Source: Octopus sinensis (Eukaryota). From it: a stretch of 64,000 nt of DNA. Position numbers and translations under genes: made by a program. How positions within the stretch are numbered: position 1 is the first letter of the stretch; the number at the start of each line of letters is the position of its first letter. The DNA lies in the NCBI RefSeq assembly GCF_006345805.1, contig NC_043003.1, forward strand, positions 75,764,001-75,828,000, read 5' to 3'. The notes beneath the pieces were generated by a model, which worked only from the letters and a program-made list of their open reading frames with translations, did no database searches and was not told the origin of the DNA. Positions 26,596 to 40,072 of the stretch are shown piece after piece.

Positions 26596-26855
26596 ATGTG
26601 TATGTAATATGAATTCATTTTGGTTTTTATATACGAGCAACAAATTGCTGGATGTGCCGGTCGGCAATCTATAAAGTACAATCTACAATGCATGTTTTTT
26701 TTAAATTACATTTTAGGACACTGAAGTGTTTTATATGTCCTTGAAAATTGAGTCAGAAAATTTATGCCCGTAAATAAGATACTGTGGTGAAGGCAACATA
26801 TTTACATATTTTGCAGCAAACTTAATGTCTCAGCAGTGCCGCTGCCCCACTCTCA

Positions 26856-26905
<50 letters not shown>

Positions 26906-27229
26906 GTATGTATCTATGTATATATATATATATTATATATATGAGAGAAAGAGGGAGAGAGAGATGATGATGATGATGATGATGATGAGGAGGAGGAGGA
27001 GGAGGAGGAGGAGGAGAATGATAATGGTTTCTCCCGTCGATTTTGGCGTATAAATGTTTCAATAAGTGGTTTTGAATTTTGAAGATGTAAGAAAAAGAGA
27101 AAGCACTTTTAGAAAGAAAAGAAGAGAGAAGTTGCATCTATTTTGGGGACCAGATATGGAAGTTGCAACGGGAACACTGATGATTTTGATGTTGCCTTGG
27201 ATTGAACAAATGTATATGTCGGTTGCAGG

Positions 27230-27660
27230 ATATAATTCTTTTATTGGTGTTTTTATTCAACTCAAATATATTTGATGACGCATTGTATTCTATGCAGATC
27301 GATCTTCGCAATGACATTCCCAAGATGTCAAGTTATGTTGCAGAGATTTTGATCTTTGCTTCAACTTATCTTTATACTTAAGGATAGGTTCTTCTTTAGC
27401 TCGGTATCCCTGCACACGTTGGCCTTACAAAAGAATTTTTGGAATGCTGTTATTTTCCATTTGAACAACAAGTCCTATCCATCTGCATTGAATTCTCAAC
27501 AGCATGCTTTGGATACAGGATATTTCTAAGATTTTGACTTTTAATATCACATCTTGTCATTTTCATGCTGCAGATATTGCGCAGAATGTACATGTGAAAG
27601 GTTTCAACCTTCGTTATATGTCTGTAGGAGGAAGCTCATGCTTCTTCCCCGTGCAGCAGT
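27230..27660 (-). mobile_element. RTE-clade LINE 3' fragment
   Basis: Minus-strand frames give LETFHMYILRNIC, ILEISCIQSMLLRIQCRWIGLVVQMENNSIPKILL and ILKYKDKLKQ..WE...DRS, matching the RTE C-terminal pattern. Confidence 0.65.
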
Positions 27661-27805
27661 GTGCTCAAAATACAAGATTTGTATATACGCATCTATATCT
27701 ATATATACACGCTATGTATACATATCTTTATATAACCTGTCTACCTACATATGTGCGTCCGTGAGGGTAGATGTTTGTTTGTGTGTGTGTCTGTGTATAT
27801 GTGTG

Positions 27806-27863
<58 letters not shown>

Positions 27864-28589
27864 TGTGTGTGTGTGCTTGCTTGCATCTTGTTCCATTGTG
27901 AAAATATAATGTCACTGCTTTAGTTTAGATGCATTTACTGTCACAAATTTTCTGGAAGTTGAATGAGAGGAAGTAGCTATCAGTGACTTATGTATTCAGC
28001 ATGCATTCCATCATCGCAAAGCGTCCTTTCAGCTACCTATTTCTTGAAAAATCTCTCTTTTTTATGTAAATTCTAAGCAAATTTTTTCTGGGAACTCTTC
28101 AATTAAATGTTGCACGGTTCAAAAGCAGTATTTCATACGAAAAGCAACTGTATACTTTTGTTTTGATGAAAATTGTCTAATTAACACTATGCAAAACATC
28201 ACTGAAAAAGCAGTGTTACACTTATTACGCCAGTTATACTTCGCTTAACGCGGTTGTTTTGTTTTTTTTCAGAAGGTATTATTATCCGTTACTTTTGTAC
28301 CAGAGAATCTCTGATTTCATATTTTCAGAACATGTGCAGATATTTAATAACACTTTTGTGAATGATTTACTTTATTCAAAACAACTCTATTGTATTACTT
28401 TATTTACATTATTATCTGCTATAATATCCATAATCCTGGTTGTTCAAAAAGTAAATATGTGACTCTAGTGAGTCTTCTGTCATTCAATTTCTCGCACTAA
28501 GCTTCTGAAAACTTTGTGATTTACTCGCTCGCTATATTTACATTGTGAAATGATGTTTGTAAATACATATATATATATATATATATATA

Positions 28590-30205
28590 TAGGAAGAGTT
28601 TATGGAAAAAAAACAAAAGAAGAAAACAGGTGGTGTACAAAACAAACAGATGTATTAGTATAACGCTCAGGAATCGAAAAAGTATTTCACGTTTGGAGCT
28701 CACGCTCTTCTACAGAAAGGGACATAGAGAAAACAAGGAGAGAAACACGGAGAGAAAAAAATGTGTGTAGTGGCTAACGATCTATCATGGTGATTATTGC
28801 CGGACAGGAGGGTGAAATACAAAGAGGAAAGTAGGGGAGATAACAAGGTAAAGATGACCCCCCCCCCCCCAAAAACAAAGGTGCGTGTGTGTATAAGAGA
28901 GTATGTATGTGCGTGTGAAAGAGGGCTGGTGGTCTGGAAGTGTGCGTGTATGTATGTGTAGGTATGAAGATGTGGGGATGGGTGTGTGAGTGGTGTGTTG
29001 TGATGTGATGTGTAATGTTGTATGATGTAGTGTGGTGTGGTGTGATGTTGTTGGGAGGTGGGGGATGCGGAGTGGGGAAAGCACGGGTGGGTTGTGGGTT
29101 CGGCTGGGGGTTGGGGTAGAGCTGGCGTTTGTGGGTAGGCAGAGGTTGGGGTAGAGGTGGGGATGGGAAGGATAGGGAAGGTGGAGTAGGGATGTGTCGG
29201 GGTGGGTGGGCATCTGGTGCGAGGGGAAGGTGGGTATGTGAGGAGAGAGAGGAGGAGAGAAGAGAGAAAGAGAGTAAGAGAGAAGAGAGAAAGAGAGTAA
29301 GAGAGAAGAGAGAAAGAGAGGGTGAAAGAGTAGGAGAGAAGAGAGAAAGAGAATAAGAGAGGAGAGCGAAAGAGAGTAACAGAGAAGAGAGAAGAGAGAA
29401 TGAGAGAAGAGAAGAGAGTAAGAGTGAAGGAAAGGAAAGAAAGAGAGAAGAGGGAAAGAGAGTAGGGGTGAAGAGAAGTAGGAGTGAAGAGAAGTAGGAG
29501 TGAAGAGAAGTAGGAGTGAAGAGAAGTAGGAGTCGGGGCAAGAGAGGAGAGTTGGGTGGGTAAGAGGAGGGAGGAGGGAGAGGAGAGAAGGAGAGTGAGG
29601 GAACAGAGAGAGATAGAAGAGAGAAAGAGAGTAAGGGAGAAGAGGGAAAGAGAGTAGGGGTGAAAAGATGTAGGACTGAAGAGAAGGAGGAGGTTAGATG
29701 AAGAGGGAAGGAGAGTTGAACCCAAATGGCGTAAAAGTGCGAAGAGAGAAGATTAATCCCTGTTCACGGCGCAAACGGGAGTCCGGATGGCCTCTGTGCA
29801 AGGACAATCGGATCATAGGTGTTGCAAGGAGTGACCGGTGGAACGGAAATGACGTAAGACTGGGGTGTCGTTGCCGAGGTGGATGTCTCGGAGGTGTTCC
29901 GCGAACCGGTCAGCCAAGCGGCGTCCCGTTTGTCCGATGTACAGGGAATGGCTGACCGAGCAGGAGATGCAATAGATGATATTGCTGGAGGTGCAGGTGA
30001 AGGAGTCGATGATGCGATAGGGTCGATGATGGGTGCCGGTGAGGAGAGTGGTGTTGGAGAGGCAAGGGCAAGTGCGGCAGCGTGAGCGGGAGCAAGGGAA
30101 CGAGCCAGGTTGGGAGGTAGGGTGGTGGGGTGGTAGGTGAGGGGAAAAGGGAGACGGGAGACTGCAGGGCGGGTTCGTGGGGAGAGAGCAGATGCACGGT
30201 CCATA
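28590..30205 (-). mobile_element. Internally deleted Penelope-like element with a low-complexity interior
   Basis: The minus ORF 29764-30204 ends in VISVPPVTP...IVLAQ, resembling the N-terminus of a PLE RT. The 3' end carries a degenerate hammerhead at 28684-28719 (CTTT-CTGTAGA-AGAGCGTGAGCTC-CAAAC-GTG-AAAT). Both ends are flanked by (TA)n. Confidence 0.5.
29050..29700 (+). repeat. G-rich and GA-rich low-complexity tract with short minisatellites (e.g. GAGAAGTAGGAGTGAA x3-4)
   Basis: Directly visible; many GGG runs at 29050-29240 and near-pure purine sequence at 29240-29700. Confidence 0.9.
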
Positions 30206-30403
30206 TATATATATACATGTATGTATATATAGATATATATATGTATGTATATATATATGTGTATATATATATGTATATATATATGTAATTATATATATAT
30301 GTATATTATGTATATATATATATATATAAGTATATATGTATATATGTATATATGTATATATATGTATATATATATATATATATTATATATATATGTATAT
30401 ATA

Positions 30404-30440
<37 letters not shown>

Positions 30441-30491
30441 CATAAATACATTTATATATATATGTGGAAAAAGAGAGAAAGAGAAAGACCG

Positions 30492-30496
<5 letters not shown>

Positions 30497-30580
<84 letters not shown>

Positions 30581-30582
30581 TA
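30497..30582. repeat. (GATA)n microsatellite
   Basis: Directly visible. Confidence 0.95.
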
Positions 30583-32219
30583 CTTCCGGGACATCTTTAT
30601 GATTTGTAAATGTAATTTTTTTCTTCAGCCTACGTTGCATTGGTATTTTTACAAGGAAATCCCTTTAAAATATGTATAAAACAAATACCAGCATTAAAAG
30701 CTTTTATCACGATAATTAATTTGTAGATTCGCGTGTTCGGAGTCTTCAATTTAAGCAACCTTGATGAGCTTGTTTTCCACAATTCCTAACTTTGTGCATG
30801 TAAATTAATCTGGCCTATTAACCTTGATCAGCTTAACATATGTTTATTAAATATTTTGTATATGACGTTCGTTACCACCCTTATTCAAAGCGACCCCGTA
30901 TTGTTAATTCTGTTAAAAATACTGCCCGTCAACTTTGTACCATGTACATGATGTTATCAGTATCATTCATATCCTCCCCGCTATTGAACACTACTTGTAT
31001 TCTTCATTTACAAGATGTATCAACGAAAGTCTGTAAATGATATTACTTTCAAAATGAATAGTTTATTGATTATTACTGTTTGCTGTTTTATATCACATGG
31101 TCTGTTTTAGATTTCCTGTTAATTTTATAGAATATATTTCGAGTAGCAGTTTGCCTTATTTATTGTAAAATTTATTTCTGTATACATTAATAGCATCCGT
31201 AGAAATACGCAGAAAGAGAAGTGGACTTACTGTAGCCAAAACTAATAGTTTCGTCACACAATGAAACTATTCTAGAAATTGAATGTTCTTGGTCTCTTGT
31301 GAACATTTAACAGGTACTTAACTTTGTATTATTGTTTCCTTCGCAACATTATTTTTTGGTATTAAATTGTTTTACTTTATTTTATTTATTTACTTAAAAT
31401 AGCTGAGAGCCATTCGCTTCAACATAATAGCGGATATTTTAGAGCGACTGAAAAAAATATTAAAAGTATCATCGCTTCAATCTAGTTTATGGTGGCTTGT
31501 TCAAAATATTGAAATATTTGTCTTTTAACCAATTAAACTACTTCAACATTTCAACATATACAATATATTTTGTAATCGCAAACAGCTTTTAAAATATTTT
31601 GTTTACTGTATTTTTGATAGTTTATTTTCATTTTATTGTCAAATTGATCGTTTCAGTATTGCTTCAGCTAGTGCTTCAACAACTGCCTCACAATTTGTAT
31701 GAATGCATAAAAGTTAGAAAATACACTTGGTACAACAATTTATAATCCTGCTCTAAAATGATTTCTCTTTGTATAATTAATGTTCGATTAAATGTCAGTC
31801 AGATGATTTTAATTCTCTTGTAAAGATCATATCAAGAGATGGCCAGTGGGTGACATAGAAAATTTAAAACCATGGGTTTGAGAATATTACTGCTTTTACA
31901 CAGATGCACCATCACACATACCCTCATATCTCGCCCCAGCTGTTAAATATTTCAATGATAAATTATGACTTTAGTTTGCGAGCAATTTTGTTTTTAATTA
32001 CTAGGGAGGAACATGGAAATGTGGCAACGGTTTTAGAGAGGTGGCACTTGGAACAAGGCTTCTGTTAACTGTAAAAAGGTCATAAGGCCGATTTGATGAA
32101 TACAGAGATCAAATTGACTGAAAAACAAACGTGTGTGTGTGTGTGTGTGCGTGCGTGCAAGCGCGTTTTTCTGTCCGTCTGTCTGTGCATGTGCACATGT
32201 GTGCATGCATGAATGCACG

Positions 32220-32289
<70 letters not shown>

Positions 32290-32614
32290 TATGTGTATCT
32301 ATACCGATATTTTAAGACTAATATTGAATGTTTTATTTAGAGTTTCCAACTATTTAGATCCCATAAAATCCAGTGTGGTGCATTCCATAGCCTGAACAAT
32401 TTGCTGGTGACTAACATTAAAGGTTTTATAGTTTTCTAGTGGATATATTGTGCTCAAACTATTTTACACCGGAGTATTAAGTAATAGTGTAAAATACATT
32501 GAAGAAATTATAATCTGATTTATCACACACTAGAGACAAAGAATCATTACAATTATTCTATTCATTATATCGTTAAAAATATGCCAACTGTATGCAAAAA
32601 ATTTTGAATATTTA

Positions 32615-33045
32615 GGAGTTGTGTTGTAAAAAGCTTTCTTCCCAACCAGAGGTTTCCGGGTTCAGGCCCACTGCGTAACACCTTGAGCAAGTGTTTTCTA
32701 CTATAACCACAAGCCGACTAAAGCCTCGTTCATGAACTTTGTAGACGGAAACAGAAAGAAGCCCGTCTAATATATGTGTATGTGTGTGTGTGCATGTCTC
32801 TATGAGTGTGTGTATGTGTGTATGTTTTTATATCTGTGTTTGTCTTCCACCATCGCTTAACAATCGGTGTTGCCGTGTTTACGGTCCAGTAATCTAGTGG
32901 TTCGGCAAAAGACCAGTAGGAGAAGTACGATGCTTTAAAGAAACAAGTACTGGGCTCGATTTATTCAAATAAAAAATTCAAGATGGTACCCCCGCATGGC
33001 CGCAGTCTAGCGACTGAATGAAGTAAAAGATAAACGATAAAAGAA
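32615..33045 (+). mobile_element. SINE family B (diverged)
   Basis: Colinear with 4659-5060. Confidence 0.8.
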
Positions 33046-36000
33046 GTACCTTGCATCTATGAAATCGATTATACATAAATAGGGCTGCATCGAGAGTGCA
33101 GAGCTTTCCCAGGAAGTAGTTTGACAAATTGCATTAGACGTCAACAGCTGTGACAGCTTCGTTCTCAAATGATGTATACAACAATTCTCACTGGGAAAAA
33201 TTGAATATAGCTTTCGACTTATGATACTGTTGAACTTAATATCAAGATTTCCGTTGTATTTCTGTTAAAGATTATTGTGAAATATCATATTGCAACCCCT
33301 GAAATTATTTACCCTTAAAGCTAGGAGCCAGACTTACTTGTAAAACTTATTTCCAACTATAGCATTTTATTCTCAAGTAATATGTGTTTAATATCTGTCG
33401 TCATCATTCAAAATCTAAACACATCGATAACTGAATATTTAGCATATAATTTCGATTACACCATCTTAAAATTTCTTTCGAAGCTAATTGTTATGGAAAT
33501 ATTCATCCAAAGATTCAGTTGATTGTTGGTTGTGTGTGAAGTGCGCGCGTCTCATAGGAGCTTTATTCACCAATTTAACATAGATGTACAGAGGCAATTT
33601 ATCAAATGTATTTTGCGCATTTCATGATGAATTCTAGTATATCGTGATAATCGAAATGATACTCGGGAAATTTGCTGTCAATACCAGGAATACTGTTAAA
33701 AATATTCCTATGCCTACCTAATCATAATTAGATTCCAACAGAAACTCACGCCTATTAAGAATGGGTTTATTATTATTTTTTTTCTTTCAATTCGCAGAGC
33801 TTTGTCTATAATAGAAATGTCAAATAAATTGTTGTTAGTAAGTACATTAAAGTCTTTATTCTGAAAGTAATGATACAGATTACTTCCCGCCCTAAAGAAT
33901 GAAAATTTCTCACCGTTGATAGATCATCTCGTCGTTTGTATAATTAATTGTGTCCGTTATAACTTGTAAGTTTTAGAATTCAAAAATACATTTATCACTG
34001 TGTAATTTTTAGGGATTCTGAAATCGACAGCAAAATATTATAAAGGGGAAAATGTAACTAACTACAAAAATACTAATATAAATAATAAATTAAATTAGTC
34101 GAAGCAAAATAAACCCTCCAAAATAACGATACAAGAACAAGAACAACAACAACGACGACGACGACAACAACAACAATAATAATAATGATAGTAATACTAG
34201 TAATAATAACAAACGAAGCGAGCAGAAGAAACGCCAGTTTAGTAGAAGTTTAGATTCCGCTAAACCAATATCGATTAGTTGGATGTAATGCTATATTGAT
34301 AAATATCTCCCACGAAGCCTTAGGACTGTGGTGATGAATAAATTTGCATGTAATTCCGCTCATCACAATATATTTCTTGACAGCTGTACGTGGCAGTCTG
34401 TATTGCAAGTGTAACATAAACAGAGCGGTAGAAAGTTCTCAATTGCATTATGGGTGAAAACTTCCCCGAAGCGCATTCGTTTTAGCATAATAGAATCAAA
34501 ATAGAAAATTACTGTTAAAAGAAGACATACAAAAAAAAGAAATTGATGGAAAACGTTCAAAACAATATTTCTTAGGAAGATAAAATAAATAAATAAAATA
34601 TATTTAAAATTCTAGATGAGTCTTTAAAGTTTCAATGTGAATAATGATTCCTTTATACAAGGAACAAAAGTAGTTTTCCTCGGGGAATTCATACACCCAA
34701 TTGATTCTCTATCAGCATATTACTAATAATCCCACGAGTCAGCAATATTAATGGTGTTCTGCATTCACAAGTGACAATTGAATTAAAAACTAATAGGTTA
34801 TCTATCTGCCCGTATGTACCTCTTGTTAGTGCCTGATATTTCTATAGACCCTACTGTGTAGGAGCACTGAACATCTGTGAAAAGATAGGATATATTTCCT
34901 ATTGTGTTGGCGATGCGATCTCAGAAACTTGGATTTACGTTACACTTGAATTATTTGAATTGAATATCAGCAAATCCTTAAATAATAGCTTGTTATATAT
35001 TAACATTTTCTTTCATCCTTGATAGTTATTAGTAAACAAGCAGAATGTACACTTCTTATTTCACATATTGCATCCCTCAGAAGAATGCTATTTTTATACT
35101 GCCTATTACGAAGGGAACATACCAATCTATCTCTGCTACAATTGTAGGCGTAGTACAATCGAAGGTAAAGTCGAAGCTACATTCGAGTATCATATTCACT
35201 TTACATGAGCTGTTACCCTGGGAACAGAACTCCGAAAAGTTTCCGTCGGTCTTGTTAGACAAGTGCGATTGTCGTTAGAATCTCCTAACCAGAAAATAAT
35301 GAAAAATGGTTATAGTATTCAATTAAAATATTATGTAATATTTCCTCTGCATTATTTCAGCATTTTCTATGCTTTTGTTTGCCTATATAATATAATATAA
35401 TATATATATATATATGATAAATGCCTAAACTATCTTCCTTTTCTAGAATGACCATTCTTTGGTGAACGATAAGAAAATTAATATCTTGTCTACCTTGAAT
35501 TCTCAGCTCCTGATACAATGGCAAATACGTCTGACACCTCGTGTAAACTGGAGCCTCTACACCTGTCGAAGGCCATTCTGTTGAGATCAGTTCAATGGTG
35601 AAATCGCCGAGAATGAGAACGGAGATAGAAAGAAGAATCGACACTGACACTGAACTGCAGAATATTTTATCAATCCCGATAGAATAAAAAGCAAGTTTGA
35701 CTTTGCTGTTATTTCATACGATCACACTGTCTTGAATTATATATTCCACGCCATTTTATTTGACTTCCAATACACTCCAAAAATAACTTTACCTGAGATT
35801 TTCCATATTTATTCTTTGTATTTGACATATAAGCACAGATATAACTGTAAGCATAAGAAGTTTGCTTTGGTTCAGTGTGTTCTGTCGTTTGATTCCAATG
35901 CACAATATATTTTGTTATAGTCTCGCTAGCACAGTTTGGTAAATGAACGTTAGAAGTAAACGTGTTAGAGAAAAGTTGTCGCTAGATGCAGTTAATATGG

Positions 36001-37073
36001 TTGTGATCAACTAAAACACTTGGTGACGTTGTCCCCGCATGGCTTCAGCCAAATAAATTAAATGAGTAAAAGTATGAAGTAATAGATTAGAGATTATTGC
36101 TGATTTGTAAAAGAAACAAAGAAGAAATATTTTTAACTTTATCAATAGCTTTAAATATGAATTGGCGGTAAATGACAAGCGGGATTTAAGTTAATCAATT
36201 AAAAGGATTATTGGACAATACGAGATGGCCAATGATGACGACCGACAAGATTTAATTAGATAATAGTGGTTAGGAAATGTCAGATTGATGTGGCCAGTAT
36301 TTGACCATACAATTAAATCAAAAGATTAACTGTGTGACGGACAAGAATCTGTTTGATGAAGTAAGGCGATATGATAAAGACGAGATTGAATAATTTATGA
36401 ATTGGACGTAATAGCGATGTTTTGCCAGATATAGAAAAAATAATAAAAGAAAAATGCTTTATTGGAAAAAAAAACTAAAACAATAATATTAGCAAAAATA
36501 TCAAAGAGAAGAGATGCTGCAATGCAACGAGTTGTCATCAAAAATGATGGGGAAATGTCGATGTTTTACGATATTTGTGCAGCCGGACAGAAAGTGTGTA
36601 CATATATAGAGTTACTTCTGGTCAAACTTATGTCTCACCAATATAGAAAATGTTCAGTGCTTTGAAACTAATTTATCATTTTATTTTGGGCCTAATTTCT
36701 ATATATTAATTTTGTTCAGTGGTTTCTAAATTGATATCAGCGGTTGTATATCGATCATGACTCATTTAATAGCAATCAAATGCAGCAAGAACTTTGGAGT
36801 TATTTAGGAACGACATCAAGTAAATATATTTTCAAACATAGATTTTCCCCTTTGAATTATATCTTTTTTAAACACATTTCAGACGAAATATAAATACCGA
36901 AATGCATATGGCCATTTATCATTTATCGTGACTAGGATTGATATATCTGCATAGGAGATACGTTAGCATTTTTAACTGGACACGATAGTAAAATGAATAG
37001 TATAATACTGTTTTTAGAAATAACATTTTGGTAAATGGAATGTCTTGATATATCTATTATATAACATGAAGCT

Positions 37074-37280
37074 AAGGCGGCATAATCTTTAGCAAAATGT
37101 TTAGCGGTGATTGATCTATGTTTTCGTTCTGAGTTCAAATTCTACTGAGGTTGAGTTTGTCTTTCATCGTTTCAGGGTTGATAAAATATAAGTACCAGTT
37201 GAGAGCCGGGACCGAAATAATCGACTTTCCCCACTCCCAAAATTGCTGAGACCTTATGCCAAACTTTGTAACCAATATTA
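37074..37280 (+). mobile_element. SINE family A (diverged)
   Basis: TTAGCGGTG...CGTTCTGAGTTCAAATTC...CTTTCATCGTTTCAGGGTTGATAAAATATAAGTACCAGTT. Confidence 0.7.
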
Positions 37281-37697
37281 AATGAAATCGTACTCCATAA
37301 GACTTTTCGTAACCGCCTTAGTAACAATATTAACTTAAGATGCAGGATTAATCCAATGGATGTCTATAAACCAAAGTTTTCCCCCAGAAGTATTAGGTAA
37401 GTGATTTCACTTTGGTAGGATATAATTCCATCACAGCGCTTAACGATAATTTTCGTGACAAAATCTGGATATTATGTTGCATGCTTGTATCATGTAAAGG
37501 TATCTTATAAGGTACGATTATTTATTGCTTTGATTTACAGCACCCCTTTAAAGCAAATTCCACAGGCATTATATTTTGACTTAAATGCTATTAGGGCAAT
37601 GAGAAAGATCCTGCAAAACAAAAGTATAAAAGCAATTCTGCTGTTGAGAAATCGAATTATTTCAAGAAATCTGTTTTGTAACAATGTACTTAAGTGA

Positions 37698-37853
37698 AGG
37701 TGTAGTTGTGTGGTAAGAAGCTCGCATCACAACAACTTGGTTCCGAGTTCATTCAGTCCTACTGAGTGGAACCTTGAGCAAGTGCCTTCTACCATAGCCT
37801 TGTGCTGACCAAAGCCTTGTGAGCGGATACGAAAACCGAAAGAAACCCGTCGT

Positions 37854-37952
<99 letters not shown>

Positions 37953-38200
37953 ATGTGTCTATATGTGTGTGCGCACGCGTATGTGTATCTATGTGTGTGT
38001 GTCGTTGTGTCTGTGATTGTCTCCACACAACTACTTGACAACCGCTTTTGGTTGTTTACGTCCCTGTGACTTAGCGGTTCGGCAAAAAGACCGATAGAAT
38101 AAGTGCTAGGCTTAAAGAATTCCTGGGGTCAATTTGTTCCACGAAAAAGTCCTTGAAGGGGGTGTCCCAGCATGGCCGTAGGCTAATGACTGAAGCATAT
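37698..38200 (+). mobile_element. SINE family B (diverged)
   Basis: Colinear with 4659-5060. Confidence 0.8.
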
Positions 38201-39650
38201 AAAAAGTTGAAAAATAATAAAATAATAAAAGAAATTTTTCCAGTATGTCTGAAGCCTTATTTCGTGGCAAGAACTACAAAAAGAGCGATAGCAACAACTC
38301 TGACACCCATACACAAATACAAGTGTCTTTGAAAAGGAAGTTCTTATATGAAACTAGTTTCCTCGGGTTGCCGCTAATGCTGTATTGTCGGTCACGAGCA
38401 AAGCATAGTTCTAAACAGAACAGTGGCAACATTGAGCCCGGAGAATATCTTCGGAATCGGGTAAAGCGAAAATTCATTTCTTTGCGTTTAATAAGGTGAA
38501 ACGGTTCTCTTTCTACCATCGAAAGGCGATATAGGGATGACACCAGCAGATGTTCGTCTAGTTTTCTATGTGTAGAGAAAACAAAATCTTACAACATAAT
38601 TTTATTGACCTTCGCAATCAAAGATAGCGCTTGTAGACGAGCAAATACTTTGTACGAAACACATCTCCACAAGACTCTACTCTTCTTTATAGAGAAATGC
38701 AATATAGAGAAATGTTCATAGAGGAAATATTGTTCACAACTCGCATGTTAGCTCTTTAATAAGTATCGAACACGAAAATAACGATGAAATGTAGGAGGAC
38801 ACAAGGGTCACTATAAACATGTATTTCATGGCAACTTAGGAGTTCAAACCCAGCCAAGATTTGCGTTATGGATGCTATGAGAGATTGTAGGGTGTTTTAA
38901 CTGTGAGTGCAAACGCTACTGAACGGCATCCAGCCTGGCATATTTATAAAAAAGCGAAAATTTTCACCAGAGACTGGTTGTTGTTAAGGCAACAATACTA
39001 CAGATATCAAAGTTACAAATCTAAATATATTTGAAAACTGTCTCGTTCTGAGCATCATCAGCAAATAATGCTGAGGGTTCATCGCCCAATCAAGAAATAG
39101 AATGCGTTATCTCGTGACCGATCACAAAAACCATTATATATCGCATCTCCCAGTTGTAACTTCAGCGACACTATAGCTACTTCATGATCATATAAAGACG
39201 AAAGGGAAGCGGAAAAGAAAATAAAAATCTCAAAAAGAAAGAGCAAATCCTTGCCGGAATCAAGAACATTTTTAAAAAGAGGAGAAATACATCAACCTCC
39301 ACAAAATAGCAATAAGGATAACGTGGAGATCGTGAAAATAAATTCATCTCCAGCAAATGGTGAAGCCAATAACTCATAGACACAAGAGAATAATTTTAGT
39401 GTGATATGTTTAGCCTGGGCGTTTTGATGAACAAGGGTTGGATTATATACTGTTAACGGTGCATTTGATTGTTTATGGCTCCGATACGAGTTATGATGAA
39501 CGGACGGGGATATTAGTGAATACTAACCGAATCTAGCTCTATTTGTGGCCCATATTTGGAGAGAGCCCTATACACATTGCATGTTTTACTTCCCATTTTA
39601 GCTGTATCTTCCTTTCATTTTTGTATTTTGAGTAATATTTCAATATGCTT

Positions 39651-40072
39651 GGGCGGCGAGCTGGCAAAATCGTTAGCATGCTGGGCGAAATGCTTAGCAG
39701 TATTTCGTCTGAAGTTACATGCTGAGTTCAAATTCCGTCGAGATCGACTTTGCCTTTCGTCCTTTCGGGGTCGATTAAATAAGTGCCAGTTACGCACTGG
39801 GGTCGATATAATCGACTTAATCCGTTTGTCTGTCCTTGTATGCCCTCTCTGTGTTTAGCCCCTTGTGGGTAGTAAAGAAATAGAAATAGTTATTTCGTCT
39901 GCCGTTACAGTCTGAGTTCAAATTCCGCCGACGTAGACTTTGCCTTTCATCTTTTCAGGGTCGATTAAATAAGTACCAGTTACGCACTGGGTACGATGTG
40001 ATCGACTTGATCCCTTTGTCTGTCCTTGTTTGTTCCCTCTATGTTCAGCCCCTTGTGGGCAATAAAGAAATA
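39651..40072 (+). mobile_element. SINE family A: full copy (39651-39880) plus a tandem 5'-truncated copy (39887-40072)
   Basis: Head GGGCGGCGAGCTGGCAAAATCGTTAGC; the body is repeated twice. Confidence 0.9.

Larger units (their letters stand above)
25201..26860. repeat. Tandem duplication with a unit of ~850 bp (25201-26006 and 26050-26860)
   Basis: The non-microsatellite parts appear identical by eye; only TA/TG tract lengths differ. The junction lies in (TA)n. Confidence 0.95.

Noticed and set aside
35120-35660. Two minus-strand exon-like segments (SVSILLSISVLILGDF... and GDSNDNRTCL...)
   Set aside because: Splice sites are plausible, but the peptide is unrecognisable and conflicts with a + strand candidate. 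It cannot be supported without transcripts.
38325-38365. TTGAAAA...GAAACTAGTT resembling the U3-A8 hammerhead
   Set aside because: There is no stem I or stem II pairing; it is just the palindrome GAAACTAGTTTC.
39160-39380. Charged ATG-less reading frame (YKDEREAEKKIKISKRKSKSLPES...) preceded by an in-frame TGA
   Set aside because: It is purine-rich low-complexity sequence with no recognisable domain and no in-frame acceptor.
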